DNA of 64,000 nt from a virus (lineage: Duplodnaviria > Heunggongvirae > Uroviricota > Caudoviricetes). Shown piece after piece: positions 8,983 through 17,551 of the stretch (position 1 is its first letter; every line of letters starts with the position of its first letter). The position numbers and the translations under genes are program-made. The stretch is taken from IMG/VR virus record IMGVR_UViG_3300022660_000042; one strand, given 5' to 3'. Below the pieces are notes generated by a model. That model worked only from the letters and a program-made list of their open reading frames with translations. It made no database searches and was not told the DNA's origin.

Positions 8983-9292
8983 TTAAATATCCTTCATTAT
9001 TTAAGTTAATTTCAATTTGCTTTCTGTATTTCGATTTTTCTTCAACATCGATTTCCGAGTCGAATCTAAGTTTGAATGGACCAGCAGACAATAACGGCTT
9101 TCCATATTGGATTACAGTATCATTGCCAGAATACAGTACATACCTAAATCGTTTCGTGACATTGCGGAACTTAACGTTTATATAGTTTTCATCTAGCGAT
9201 AAAACAGTATATTCGTTTCCATCAACGCCTTTGTAAGTTTTTCCGACTTCAAATTTCATGTTACACCAATTTGTTCTTTTCGAGGAAAACAC
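8948..9292 (-). CDS. hypothetical protein
   Basis: 114-aa ORF; the real start is probably the internal MKFEVGK. Confidence 0.4.
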   Translation of the reverse strand: MFSSKRTNWCNMKFEVGKTYKGVDGNEYTVLSLDENYINVKFRNVTKRFRYVLYSGNDTVIQYGKPLLSAGPFKLRFDSEIDVEEKSKYRKQIEINLNNEGYLNVFKAHRKEEN

Positions 9293-9485
9293 TAATTTTA
9301 TGGTTAAAATCTTCGTTCTTCAAGAAAATGGCCTTGAGTTCTTCATCATTGTAGTTGTCATAATTCTTTACAAAAACTTTCGCATAGTCCGTAAAGTTCT
9401 TATAGACATCTTCAAGAACCGACGCATAGACGGTCTTAACAAGATTCAGCGGTGTTACTTCCTTTTGATTCATTCGAATATTCAT
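9261..9485 (-). CDS. hypothetical protein
   Basis: 74-aa ORF. Confidence 0.35.
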   Translation of the reverse strand: MNIRMNQKEVTPLNLVKTVYASVLEDVYKNFTDYAKVFVKNYDNYNDEELKAIFLKNEDFNHKISVFLEKNKLV

Positions 9486-9726
9486 TTACTAGATCCTTTA
9501 GTTTTTCACAGAATTCTGTGTCAGTTTCAAATTTGGGCAAAATAGAAATAACATAAACCATCCAATCATTAAGATTCTTCGGATGAACGATGTTATCCGT
9601 AACCTGTTTTGACTGGTTGACCATTTCCTTCAATGTCTCAAGGGTCTTAGGGTTACTAATGACCTTGAGATAATCTTTTTCCTTTCGGAACAAAGGCTGC
9701 ATCTTTATTGGTTTATGTTTCTTCAT
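9436..9726 (-). CDS. hypothetical protein
   Basis: 96-aa ORF. Confidence 0.4.
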   Translation of the reverse strand: MKKHKPIKMQPLFRKEKDYLKVISNPKTLETLKEMVNQSKQVTDNIVHPKNLNDWMVYVISILPKFETDTEFCEKLKDLVNEYSNESKGSNTAESC

Positions 9727-9729
9727 ATT

Positions 9730-10173
9730 TTACTCGACGATTTCAAGTTCTTCGGGGTCTGTCATAGGTTCTGGACCATTTGACGGCTGAGTATTCTCGA
9801 GATACTTACCAGCATAGAGCACGGCAGTTTCGCCTTGAATAGTATCAACCATGTCTTTAATTCCAGCCATGAAAGCGGACTCATCAGATTCTTCAGTTTT
9901 TTCTATTTTTTCTTCGACATTGATATTCATCTTGTCATAGGCTTCGAACACAGCCTTATTAATCTTGTCCGCAAGCGGCTTCTTAATAGGCTGGACGAAA
10001 CAAAGCTCACGCTTGTTATTCACGTTCTTAGGGTAAATAACATAACGCTTGCCATAATAGTCCATCAATGTAAGGCCAGTAAGTAAGAGTTCGTGGTCAA
10101 GAATAACCTGACACTTGCCGAGCTTACCGTACTTCACATTATATGGATAAATTTTGACTTTTGTTACTTCCAT
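9730..10173 (-). CDS. spoVG: SpoVG-family nucleic-acid-binding regulator homolog
   Basis: MEVTKVKIYPYNV...GKCQVILDHELLLTGLTLMD...RELCFVQPI...KINKAVFEAY parallels SpoVG (MEVTDVRLRRV...ASITLDHEFVVHDIRVI...RDIAHPI...IQDAVLNEY, from memory). Start moved to the internal MEVTKV. Confidence 0.65.
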   Translation of the reverse strand: MEVTKVKIYPYNVKYGKLGKCQVILDHELLLTGLTLMDYYGKRYVIYPKNVNNKRELCFVQPIKKPLADKINKAVFEAYDKMNINVEEKIEKTEESDESAFMAGIKDMVDTIQGETAVLYAGKYLENTQPSNGPEPMTDPEELEIVE

Positions 10174-10174
10174 A

Positions 10175-10630
10175 TTATGGTAGATCCTTTCTGTACTCTT
10201 CAAGAGCTTCAATATCCTTGGAAACCTTCATCAGGTCAATTTCCTTAGCCACAGCTATGGAAATAATATCATTGAAGATACTCTGTACAGCCGGAACCGG
10301 TTCAACATCTGCAACCTTAATCATACGTTCTACAACTTCTGCAGGAGGAACCGGATGTTCATTAGTTACATTACCACTTCCGTCAACGAAATTCTTGAGG
10401 AAGTCATTGAGATAGAAAATCGCCTTACCGAGGTCCTGATACGGCGTAGCATGTTCAGGGTCAGTCTTGGTCTTATCGAGGTAACGCATGGAATATTTCC
10501 ATACATTTGCGCAGTCACAATCAAGATAGCGAGTAATCGTAATAGTTTCAATACCAGATGCGTTATTGCAATAATGACTAGGATGATTAACGGCCTGGTC
10601 AATTTTCTTAAGCTGTTCTTCAGTATGCAT
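10175..10630 (-). CDS. phage protein with N-terminal HPSHY motif (DUF3310-like)
   Basis: VNHPSHYCN motif near the N-terminus, typical of a widespread phage family of unknown function. Confidence 0.45.
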   Translation of the reverse strand: MHTEEQLKKIDQAVNHPSHYCNNASGIETITITRYLDCDCANVWKYSMRYLDKTKTDPEHATPYQDLGKAIFYLNDFLKNFVDGSGNVTNEHPVPPAEVVERMIKVADVEPVPAVQSIFNDIISIAVAKEIDLMKVSKDIEALEEYRKDLP

Positions 10631-10645
10631 TGTCTTTTACCTAAA

Positions 10646-11044
10646 TTATTTAAATGTTTCGTTTGTTTTCAATGCTTTTAATATATTTTCTTGTAATTCA
10701 TGAGACTTCGCAGCATGTTCAGAAAGCTTTTTATCGAATTCACGGTCCTCTTTGAGCTGCTTATTACGAGCAAGAGCTTGACTGATACGAATAGGAAGGA
10801 AAATTGCCATGAAATAACCGAATGCCATTGCAATATATGGTACAATGTCGGTCATAAAATACATTATTCCTTTCTTAAGTGTATCTCCAAACACACCAAA
10901 TCCGCCTAAAACTAGGGTATAAACCAAGACCATAATAAGAGTACCGATAACCAGTCCCTTATTGGCCTTGATATTCACCCAAAAATTCTTAATTTTGGCA
11001 GGAAATTTAGACGTATTTTGATTAGATGTCTTCATTGTCTTCAA
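10646..11044 (-). CDS. small membrane protein
   Basis: Two hydrophobic helices (GLVIGTLIMVLVYTLVLGGFGVF, IVPYIAMAFGYFMAIFLPI). Confidence 0.5.
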   Translation of the reverse strand: MKTMKTSNQNTSKFPAKIKNFWVNIKANKGLVIGTLIMVLVYTLVLGGFGVFGDTLKKGIMYFMTDIVPYIAMAFGYFMAIFLPIRISQALARNKQLKEDREFDKKLSEHAAKSHELQENILKALKTNETFK

Positions 11045-11351
11045 GAATTACTTCCACTGCAGAATCAGGAATCTGGTAATACTTCGTCTTAACGTAAGCA
11101 CCCTTATCATTCTTTGCAGCGATATTGAGTTCGATTGCCTTCAAATCTGTAAAAATAATGCGGTCACCGACAGATACGGTGCACGGAATTCGAGAATCCG
11201 TAACGGCATTATACTTACCTGGGCCAACGGCAACAACTTCGCCATAAACAAGCTTACCCGAGCTATCAAGTTCCGGAATATAAATACCGCCTGCAGTCTT
11301 CGTATCACCGCTACGGCGCTTTACAAGCACATAGTTATCGTTCATCTTCAT
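11022..11351 (-). CDS. GroES/gp31-like co-chaperonin (copy 1)
   Basis: 109 aa, GroES/Cpn10-like pattern: TAGGIYIP, mobile-loop-like segment, GEVVAVGPGK, GDRIIF. Confidence 0.7.
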   Translation of the reverse strand: MKMNDNYVLVKRRSGDTKTAGGIYIPELDSSGKLVYGEVVAVGPGKYNAVTDSRIPCTVSVGDRIIFTDLKAIELNIAAKNDKGAYVKTKYYQIPDSAVEVILEDNEDI

Positions 11352-11365
11352 AGTTAAATTTCCTT

Positions 11366-11695
11366 TTACTTAATTTCTTCGTTATCGTCAAGAATGCAGG
11401 TACATTCGTTTTCGGCAACCTTGACCAACTTGAGCTTACTGACATTTCCCTGTTCATCCTTAACAGAAACAGTTACTTCAGTTGTGACACCCGGATTATA
11501 AATCACACGGTCACCAACCTTGAGTTCAATCGGAGTAAGTTTCTTGGTAAACGGATTATACTTACCCGGTCCAAGTTTTACAACTGTACCGAGAGCCATA
11601 GGAATCGTTCCAATTCGGGGAATAAATAAGCCTCCGACAGTCATTTTGTCGAAAGGTTCCTCTTTTACGAGTACGTTATTTTCTGTAGTTTTCAT
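11366..11695 (-). CDS. GroES/gp31-like co-chaperonin (copy 2, tandem paralog)
   Basis: 109 aa, the same architecture as copy 1 (MTVGGLFIP...GTVVKLGPGK...GDRVIY). Confidence 0.7.
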   Translation of the reverse strand: MKTTENNVLVKEEPFDKMTVGGLFIPRIGTIPMALGTVVKLGPGKYNPFTKKLTPIELKVGDRVIYNPGVTTEVTVSVKDEQGNVSKLKLVKVAENECTCILDDNEEIK

Positions 11696-11705
11696 CTCAG
11701 TTTCC

Positions 11706-12347
11706 TTAAATTTTAAATAGAAAGTCTTTCTTAGTGTATTTTGTGCTCTTATCGATGCACGAATTATTTATTAAAAACGTGTCACCGATTTCGCAAATGG
11801 ACTTTTTCTTATCCTGTCCAAAATGCCAGATCTTTCCATTTACATTTAAATTCATTTTCCGTGGGTCATAATAAGAAACAACGACGTCGGGAATAGATTC
11901 CGCAATTTTACGAAACCTATCAACTTCATCGTTGTACATCTCATTAATATCAGTGGTCCACCAATTCCATCGTTTAATATTAACACTGGGGTCAATTCCA
12001 GTCGCTCCGCCAAAAACATGCTTATCAACCATAACTACTTGCCCATCTAACCTAATTGGCGAACAAAGTTTGCGCTGGAATGACCTCAGTGAATCTTTAA
12101 CTTTTTCAAATTTCAAATCAAGCGGCATATCAGATTTCATATCACAGCCACCATAAACATACAGCACATTTTTGTAGTGCTGTCCAAGATAAACCAGAAA
12201 ACGCCTAGTCATCTCGTAATCTTCAGATATGCCGCTTATACACAATACATCAGCAGGGAGAAATTCTTCATCAAGTAGTTTCTTAAAATCAGCAAACATG
12301 TGCTTGCTGGGCTTAAGATTCAAATTATTGATGAAGAAACAATCCAT
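11706..12347 (-). CDS. hypothetical protein (possibly a degenerate phosphoesterase-like fold)
   Basis: 213-aa ORF with no clean catalytic motif. Confidence 0.4.
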   Translation of the reverse strand: MDCFFINNLNLKPSKHMFADFKKLLDEEFLPADVLCISGISEDYEMTRRFLVYLGQHYKNVLYVYGGCDMKSDMPLDLKFEKVKDSLRSFQRKLCSPIRLDGQVVMVDKHVFGGATGIDPSVNIKRWNWWTTDINEMYNDEVDRFRKIAESIPDVVVSYYDPRKMNLNVNGKIWHFGQDKKKSICEIGDTFLINNSCIDKSTKYTKKDFLFKI

Positions 12348-12349
12348 AC

Positions 12350-12526
12350 TTACTTAGTCCAGATAGTAGTCCACTTTCCACCGATAAACTGTTCAATCTT
12401 GACAACCGAACGAAGACGCGGATTCTTATAGGATTCCATGAGTTCTTCAGTATAGCAGTCAGAAGTAAACGGTTCACCATACGGTGTACCAGTTTCGTCA
12501 ACGTGATAACGAGTAATGCGCCACAT
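12350..12526 (-). CDS. small hypothetical protein (58 aa, below the ORF-track cutoff)
   Basis: ATG at 12526..12524 and TAA at 12352..12350 (MWRITRYHVDETGTPYGEPFTSDCYTEELMESYKNPRLRSVVKIEQFIGGKWTTIWTK). It exactly fills the gap between neighbouring genes. Confidence 0.3.
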   Translation of the reverse strand: MWRITRYHVDETGTPYGEPFTSDCYTEELMESYKNPRLRSVVKIEQFIGGKWTTIWTK

Positions 12527-12816
12527 TAGGCCATAACCTCCTGTTGAAGTGTTCGATATAATGCAACCATGTTACGGTCGAGTTCAGAACGCTTGTGCTT
12601 ACCACGAAGAACCTTTTCAGCCATGAAACAAATAGTTGCTTCAGTCTGAGAAAGAGCTACGAGACTTGACACAGCATAACGGGTATGTTCCGGTGAACGG
12701 ATTTCCATACCTTCGAGCTGAACACGGTTACGGGTTTGTTCATTGCCGGTTGTGACCACATAGGCCTTACCGGTCTTTCGATTCATTGCATAATTCATAT
12801 TAATCTCCTCTATCAA
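12526..12816 (-). CDS. hypothetical protein
   Basis: 96-aa ORF. Confidence 0.45.
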   Translation of the reverse strand: MIEEINMNYAMNRKTGKAYVVTTGNEQTRNRVQLEGMEIRSPEHTRYAVSSLVALSQTEATICFMAEKVLRGKHKRSELDRNMVALYRTLQQEVMA

Positions 12817-12889
12817 TTTTATCGATATTACAAATATAGTTAATCGCCTGTAAAAAATTGTTTAACATAGGAAAAAGATTTGAGTTTTC

Positions 12890-13465
12890 TTACAGGGTTG
12901 ATACGGGAAGCAATATGAGCTCATTTTTGAGAGAATACAACTTGGACATCATGTTTTTTACAAATGTATGATGTTTATCCGAATTTTTGTCAAATATCGG
13001 ATCTGTTGATTCTGTATAATTAACTATTCTACAAAGGTCACCGAGAGCCGCGTCAAATTTATTCAGAACTTTGAAAAAGGTAAATAGCTTTTCAAAAGTA
13101 AACCAGCTCTTAAATTGAGAAATACTATCAAACCGCATGGTCTGATATTTATCGATGCCATCCTGGAAAAATTCTTGGTCAAAGTATTCATACATAGCCT
13201 TACGGCAAAGATTTTCCTCACCTTCAGTATAAAAACTTTGAATATAAGTATCGGCTACATAAACTATTCCGACTTTCTTATCATCAGTAACTGTAATTTT
13301 AATATCATGCACCCCGAAAGGTACGACAATACAGGTAGTATATACCTTAATAAGTGGAATCTGCCGTGTAGTATTATGTAGAGCAGTTTCCACTATTTCT
13401 GCTACTTCTTTATCAAATAGACCGTAGTCTAAATATTCAATTCTGTCTTTTTTAGTCATATACAC
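12890..13465 (-). CDS. hypothetical protein
   Basis: 191-aa ORF. Confidence 0.5.
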   Translation of the reverse strand: MYMTKKDRIEYLDYGLFDKEVAEIVETALHNTTRQIPLIKVYTTCIVVPFGVHDIKITVTDDKKVGIVYVADTYIQSFYTEGEENLCRKAMYEYFDQEFFQDGIDKYQTMRFDSISQFKSWFTFEKLFTFFKVLNKFDAALGDLCRIVNYTESTDPIFDKNSDKHHTFVKNMMSKLYSLKNELILLPVSTL

Positions 13466-13498
13466 TTCAAAGTGTAATACATTGCATTACACTATCAT

Positions 13499-13533
13499 AA
13501 TATAGTAAAATGACGGGCTTTTGTAAACCCGCC
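13499..13533 (-). promoter_or_regulatory. sigma70-type promoter TTTACA-17-TATATT with -35 inside hairpin
   Basis: Plus-strand AATATA at 13499..13504, TGTAAA at 13522..13527, hairpin GACGGGCttttgtaaaCCCGCC at 13512..13533. Confidence 0.55.
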
Positions 13534-13541
13534 ATGCTACA

Positions 13542-14084
13542 TTATTTTAGTCTTTCAATTATCTTTTTGACAATTTCGTTATATCCGTCTTCAGTTCCGT
13601 CAGCAGTTTCATATTTCAGATTATTTGAATCCAAAAATTCCAATAATCTTCCATCGATTGCCCTAGCTTCTTCTTCAGTCTGGTTTCGACCGTTAGGATT
13701 ATACTTCTTTGCACGCTTTACGAAAATATTAAAAGTATTTGGATATTTCTTTGCTTCATAAAGGCATACATCCTGATACGGTTTTTCTTCGGTATACATA
13801 GCGCCCATTGCAATAGGACTATCTGTAACAATTACGTCAACCTTTCCGAGAAGTCTCGCAACTTTCAGGCATTGCTTACCGGTTACATATAACTGACAAT
13901 ACTTGAGCGGAAACTGATCATCTTGCCATACACGATCTTTCGCATATTCTGAAACATATTCACAATCAACGCCAGCCATCTTAAGTTTCGCAAAAATATA
14001 AGCAGCTCCTGTCGACTTTCCCGAACCAGGACCCGCATAAAGATTAACCAATAGAGTATTACATGTTCTTTTCATAATTTTCAC
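13542..14084 (-). CDS. P-loop NTPase / nucleotide kinase-like protein
   Basis: Walker A AGPGSGKST near the N-terminus; apparent GTG start. Confidence 0.6.
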   Translation of the reverse strand: MKIMKRTCNTLLVNLYAGPGSGKSTGAAYIFAKLKMAGVDCEYVSEYAKDRVWQDDQFPLKYCQLYVTGKQCLKVARLLGKVDVIVTDSPIAMGAMYTEEKPYQDVCLYEAKKYPNTFNIFVKRAKKYNPNGRNQTEEEARAIDGRLLEFLDSNNLKYETADGTEDGYNEIVKKIIERLK

Positions 14085-14095
14085 CTGTGATTACA

Positions 14096-14101
14096 AATAT
14101 A
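14096..14101 (-). promoter_or_regulatory. -10 element (TATATT on minus strand) for the 13542..14084 gene
   Basis: Plus-strand AATATA at 14096..14101. Part of a bidirectional promoter region shared with the plus-strand CCA gene. Confidence 0.4.
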
Positions 14102-14144
14102 GTAAATTTTTTATTGCCTATTGAAATGTTTATAAAAATCTGTA

Positions 14145-14173
14145 TTTACAAAAACGCTTCAGTTTGCTATATT
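14145..14173 (+). promoter_or_regulatory. sigma70-type promoter for the CCA-adding enzyme gene (TTTACA-17-TATATT)
   Basis: -35 TTTACA at 14145..14150, a 17-nt spacer, -10 TATATT at 14168..14173, and ATG at 14181 only 7 nt downstream, i.e. a leaderless arrangement. Confidence 0.55.
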
Positions 14174-14180
14174 TATTAAC

Positions 14181-15368
14181 ATGAAGATTGATTTATCGAC
14201 TATCAAAAATGACCTCCTCACTTCTGGTATGAAACTCGCTTCCGCTATCGAAAGCAAGGGTTACGAAGCATATCTGGTTGGCGGTTGCGTTCGTGACATG
14301 GTTCGTTGGACTATTGGCCAATGTGGTTTTCCGGATATTCACGATATTGACATCAGCACGAACATGCCTATCGATGAACTTCAGAAAAACTTCAAAACTG
14401 CCAGTAACAATGGCGAAGCTCACGGCACTATTCTGGTTTTCCAGGACGGTGAGCCTTTTGAAGTGACTCAGTTCCGTACCGATGGCGCTTATACCGATGG
14501 TCGTCACCCGGATTCAATCAAGTTCGCCAAGACTTTCAAGGAAGACTGCTTACGCCGCGATTTTACTATCAACGCAATGGGTCTTACCGGTCAGGGTGAA
14601 GTCATTGACTATTACGGTGGTATCGATGATGTTACGAACGGCATTATCCGAGCTGTCGGTAAGGCAGAAGACCGTTTTGCTGAAGATTATCTCAGAATTT
14701 TCCGCGGTGTTCGTTTCATGGTCAACTTCGACTATTCTTTGGCTGATAGTACCTATGAAGCGATGAAGACAACCGTTGATACTTATACTTATAAGATTAA
14801 CTCTCTGTCTTATCCTCGTATTCGTGATGAAATCAGCAAGGTCAAGAATCCTTCTAAGAATCTCGCTTTGTTTTTCACGACACTGTATCGTACCGGTATT
14901 CTGAAATACTTGGTTACTTTCGAAGATGTTGATATTCCGGGTCTGATTGCACGTTTAGAATCTGTAAATCATCTCACTGCGGATAACATCTTTGCGGTTA
15001 TCGCTTTCGGCGAATACGACGTAATGTTACATCGTCTTGCTGCTACTCGAGAAGATTCTCGTTTGCTCAAGTGGTATTATTACATGCTCAAGAAGCTGAA
15101 AGAACCTAACGAAAATACAAGCTGGGACACTATTGTTAAATTCGTCGAAGGTGATTACAAAACTCTCCTCGAACTGTCCAAGATTGTTCCTGCCTGGTAT
15201 AACAGAATTCCTATCGCTTTGAAGCTTAAAAAGGATAAACCCGATTTACATGCTATCTCTGAAAGAGTTCAGAACGAATTTCATGTTAAACCAGGTCCTA
15301 AGTTCGGTGCAGCTGTTAGCTACCTGCTCGAAGAGGCTTACGAAGCAAAAGCAAGGCATCTTCAATAA
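14181..15368 (+). CDS. cca: tRNA nucleotidyltransferase (CCA-adding enzyme) / poly(A) polymerase family
   Basis: Class II nucleotidyltransferase head motif GGCVRD with downstream D.D and RRDFTINA-like signature; 395 aa. It is the only convincing plus-strand gene. Confidence 0.8.
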   Translation: MKIDLSTIKNDLLTSGMKLASAIESKGYEAYLVGGCVRDMVRWTIGQCGFPDIHDIDISTNMPIDELQKNFKTASNNGEAHGTILVFQDGEPFEVTQFRTDGAYTDGRHPDSIKFAKTFKEDCLRRDFTINAMGLTGQGEVIDYYGGIDDVTNGIIRAVGKAEDRFAEDYLRIFRGVRFMVNFDYSLADSTYEAMKTTVDTYTYKINSLSYPRIRDEISKVKNPSKNLALFFTTLYRTGILKYLVTFEDVDIPGLIARLESVNHLTADNIFAVIAFGEYDVMLHRLAATREDSRLLKWYYYMLKKLKEPNENTSWDTIVKFVEGDYKTLLELSKIVPAWYNRIPIALKLKKDKPDLHAISERVQNEFHVKPGPKFGAAVSYLLEEAYEAKARHLQ

Positions 15369-15370
15369 AA

Positions 15371-15400
15371 ATAAACCCGGTTTTAAAAACCGGGTTTTCT
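15371..15400. terminator. bidirectional rho-independent terminator between convergent genes
   Basis: AAACCCGG-ttttaaaaa-CCGGGTTT perfect inverted repeat flanked by A-run and T-run (TCTTTT), between the + gene end (15368) and the - gene end (15402). Confidence 0.75.
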
Positions 15401-15401
15401 T

Positions 15402-15650
15402 TTACTTAGCGGTAGATTCCCAACTGAAAGTAATTGTGTTATTGTCTTCGTCCATTCGAAGGAACTTAAATTCAAATTCAGAGAATTCAATATCCTTACG
15501 TTTCATCGTGGGCGATTTTACTTGAACTTCAAGAACTGGCAAACAGCATTCTCGGAATCGTGTGATTTGACGAGATGCTCCAGGAGTTCCTTCAGCTTCA
15601 TCTACAATAGAACATGCTTTAGTTTTCTTATTAACTCTTACAATAACCAT
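15402..15650 (-). CDS. hypothetical protein
   Basis: 82-aa ORF immediately downstream of the kinase gene. Confidence 0.4.
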   Translation of the reverse strand: MVIVRVNKKTKACSIVDEAEGTPGASRQITRFRECCLPVLEVQVKSPTMKRKDIEFSEFEFKFLRMDEDNNTITFSWESTAK

Positions 15651-16091
15651 TTAGATTCTCCGTTTAATTTTAATTTCGTTTTCCAGATCCTTAAACTGTT
15701 CTTTCATGTATGCAACCTTATCTGGCGGTACATTATGAACATTTTGGAATTCGTTATCCATACGATAAATCGTGACCTCAATGCCACGAGCTGCCGCCTC
15801 TTTCAAATACGGTTTCATATCCTTACGGGTTACAAAAGTATTTGCGACGATAACATACTGAATTCCGTCGTCTAATGCCTTAAACGCTCTTTCATAACAA
15901 TTTTTATGGGCATAATAAATTCGTTTTTGGTCGAAATTATAATTACCCTTATCATCATACCAAAAATCGTCGGCCTCGAAGTGCTTGACTGTATAGCCCT
16001 GCTTTTCGAGGTCGGCTTTAAGCGCTTTGGCATAAGTAGACTTTCCGGATCCAGGGATTCCCCTGATAATTATTAATGTCTGCTTTGCCAT
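15651..16091 (-). CDS. polynucleotide kinase-like P-loop kinase (Pnk kinase domain only)
   Basis: IIRGIPGSGKSTYA Walker A. C-terminal VANTFVTRKDMKPYLKEAAARGIEVTIYRMD...VPPDKV parallels the T4 Pnk kinase domain ([30 protein letters not shown], from memory). No phosphatase domain. Confidence 0.65.
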   Translation of the reverse strand: MAKQTLIIIRGIPGSGKSTYAKALKADLEKQGYTVKHFEADDFWYDDKGNYNFDQKRIYYAHKNCYERAFKALDDGIQYVIVANTFVTRKDMKPYLKEAAARGIEVTIYRMDNEFQNVHNVPPDKVAYMKEQFKDLENEIKIKRRI

Positions 16092-16103
16092 TTTTCTGAT
16101 TTC

Positions 16104-16286
16104 CTATTCTGTGAACCGATATATTATCGCAACCAGTAGAACATTCAGTAAATAGAATTTAAAGAATATTCCTAGGATTGTACGACAACATAAGTCTTTG
16201 CTTGTGGTTCCTATTGAAGATATGACTAAAAAGAAACATTCCAATAGGAACAACGCCGTTCCATATTCAAATATAGTTAAAATCAT
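16104..16286 (-). CDS. small hydrophobic protein
   Basis: 60-aa ORF with two hydrophobic stretches, filling the gap between the kinase and ligase genes. Confidence 0.3.
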   Translation of the reverse strand: MILTIFEYGTALFLLECFFLVISSIGTTSKDLCCRTILGIFFKFYLLNVLLVAIIYRFTE

Positions 16287-17551
16287 TCTTCAATAGTCCT
16301 CTGCACGTTAGAAGGTTCCAATTTTTTGTGAACTGCACGCTTAACAGATGCATAATTAGTGATATTACGATTAATGCACTTGATAGCCTGCATAATAGCC
16401 CCAATATCGCTCTTATAGTGCTCCAGAGCGTATTCGTAGCGAGAACGCTGGTCTTCGCAAGCCTTCATGGTTTCGCGAGCCTCAGCGAGAACTTCTTCAG
16501 TACGTTCCTTAACCTGAATGCGGACACTTTCGGCGTATGCACGTAAATCAGGGAATTCTTCAGGAATATACAGAACTTCATCATCTACAGGCTTGTAACC
16601 GTTAGTCTTGTCGACATGGGCATGGAAGAAATCCTTTTCACAGTCATACGCTACCCAGATATTCCACTCGCTGAGGCATTCGAATATCTTTGCGAGCTGG
16701 CACCATTCATCGGATTTAACCTTGACCTTGAATCCATATTCCGGGAAAGTTACAACATAACCTTCCTGAGACGAAGGAAGCTTGGTCGCAGTATTTCGAG
16801 CGTCATTGAAATTATCGTATTCATAGATTTCTGCCATCTTGATTTGCCAAGTATTGGCATAAGCGCTAAGTCCAATAATATGCTCTTCAGCACCAGTTTC
16901 ATTGTCGATAACTGCCAAAAGAACAAGACCTTCAAAATCATAACGAATCGGGTGAAAATCTTCATTTGAAACAATTTCAAACAAATAAGTTTTCTTCGGA
17001 TTCAAAGTTGCCGCATGAGGACCGCCGATATGCTGGTCAAACCAACGCTGTCCCCAAATTGCCTGGTCAGAATCGAAAGATCCACCGGTCTTCAACTGCC
17101 AATGCTTAAGATAAGGATTCCAGAATACAATACCTAAAGAACCGTCCACCTTTTCCATAGTCAGGAAACGAATAGACTTGAGAATCTTTCGAATATCAAT
17201 TTTCTTCTGGTACTTCATTACCTTTTTTGCAAGGTCGGTAAGTTCGCCAGTTTCGTTGTTAATCAATTCGCCATAGTTGAAGAATTTATCAAAAGGACGT
17301 GCTACAATTTCGCCGGTTTCAGAATCGAAAACAATACCACGAGCATTGAGAGTAATTTCATCCCAATCCGATGAATATACTGTTTCACGAGTATACTTGA
17401 AACCAACCAGCTTACCATACCAGTGAGCTGAAATACGTCCCTTCTTTGCTGCCTTCAAATACTTACGGAGTCTGTGCTTGTTCCGCAGTTTCCGGAGTAG
17501 GTTCTTCAGCCAAGTCATCATTTTTCTTTTCCACCTTTTTCTTAGGCTCAT
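16283..17551 (-). CDS. Rnl1-type RNA ligase (T4 RnlA-like tRNA repair ligase); start uncertain
   Basis: KxDG nucleotidyltransferase motif MEKVDGSL. YSSDWDEITLNARGIVF / RPFDKFFNYGE parallels T4 Rnl1 YSDWLLPDALECRGIMF / RPMEKFFNLNE. The first ~30 codons overlap the 17463..17738 ORF in another frame and look like out-of-frame translation. Confidence 0.8.
   Translation of the reverse strand: MSLRKRWKRKMMTWLKNLLRKLRNKHRLRKYLKAAKKGRISAHWYGKLVGFKYTRETVYSSDWDEITLNARGIVFDSETGEIVARPFDKFFNYGELINNETGELTDLAKKVMKYQKKIDIRKILKSIRFLTMEKVDGSLGIVFWNPYLKHWQLKTGGSFDSDQAIWGQRWFDQHIGGPHAATLNPKKTYLFEIVSNEDFHPIRYDFEGLVLLAVIDNETGAEEHIIGLSAYANTWQIKMAEIYEYDNFNDARNTATKLPSSQEGYVVTFPEYGFKVKVKSDEWCQLAKIFECLSEWNIWVAYDCEKDFFHAHVDKTNGYKPVDDEVLYIPEEFPDLRAYAESVRIQVKERTEEVLAEARETMKACEDQRSRYEYALEHYKSDIGAIMQAIKCINRNITNYASVKRAVHKKLEPSNVQRTIEE

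Noticed and set aside
11706-12347. Second calcineurin-like phosphoesterase
   Set aside because: Only a vague GG...D / GDxF resemblance and no ordered DxH...GDxxD...GNH(D/E)...GH motif series, unlike 17726..18391.
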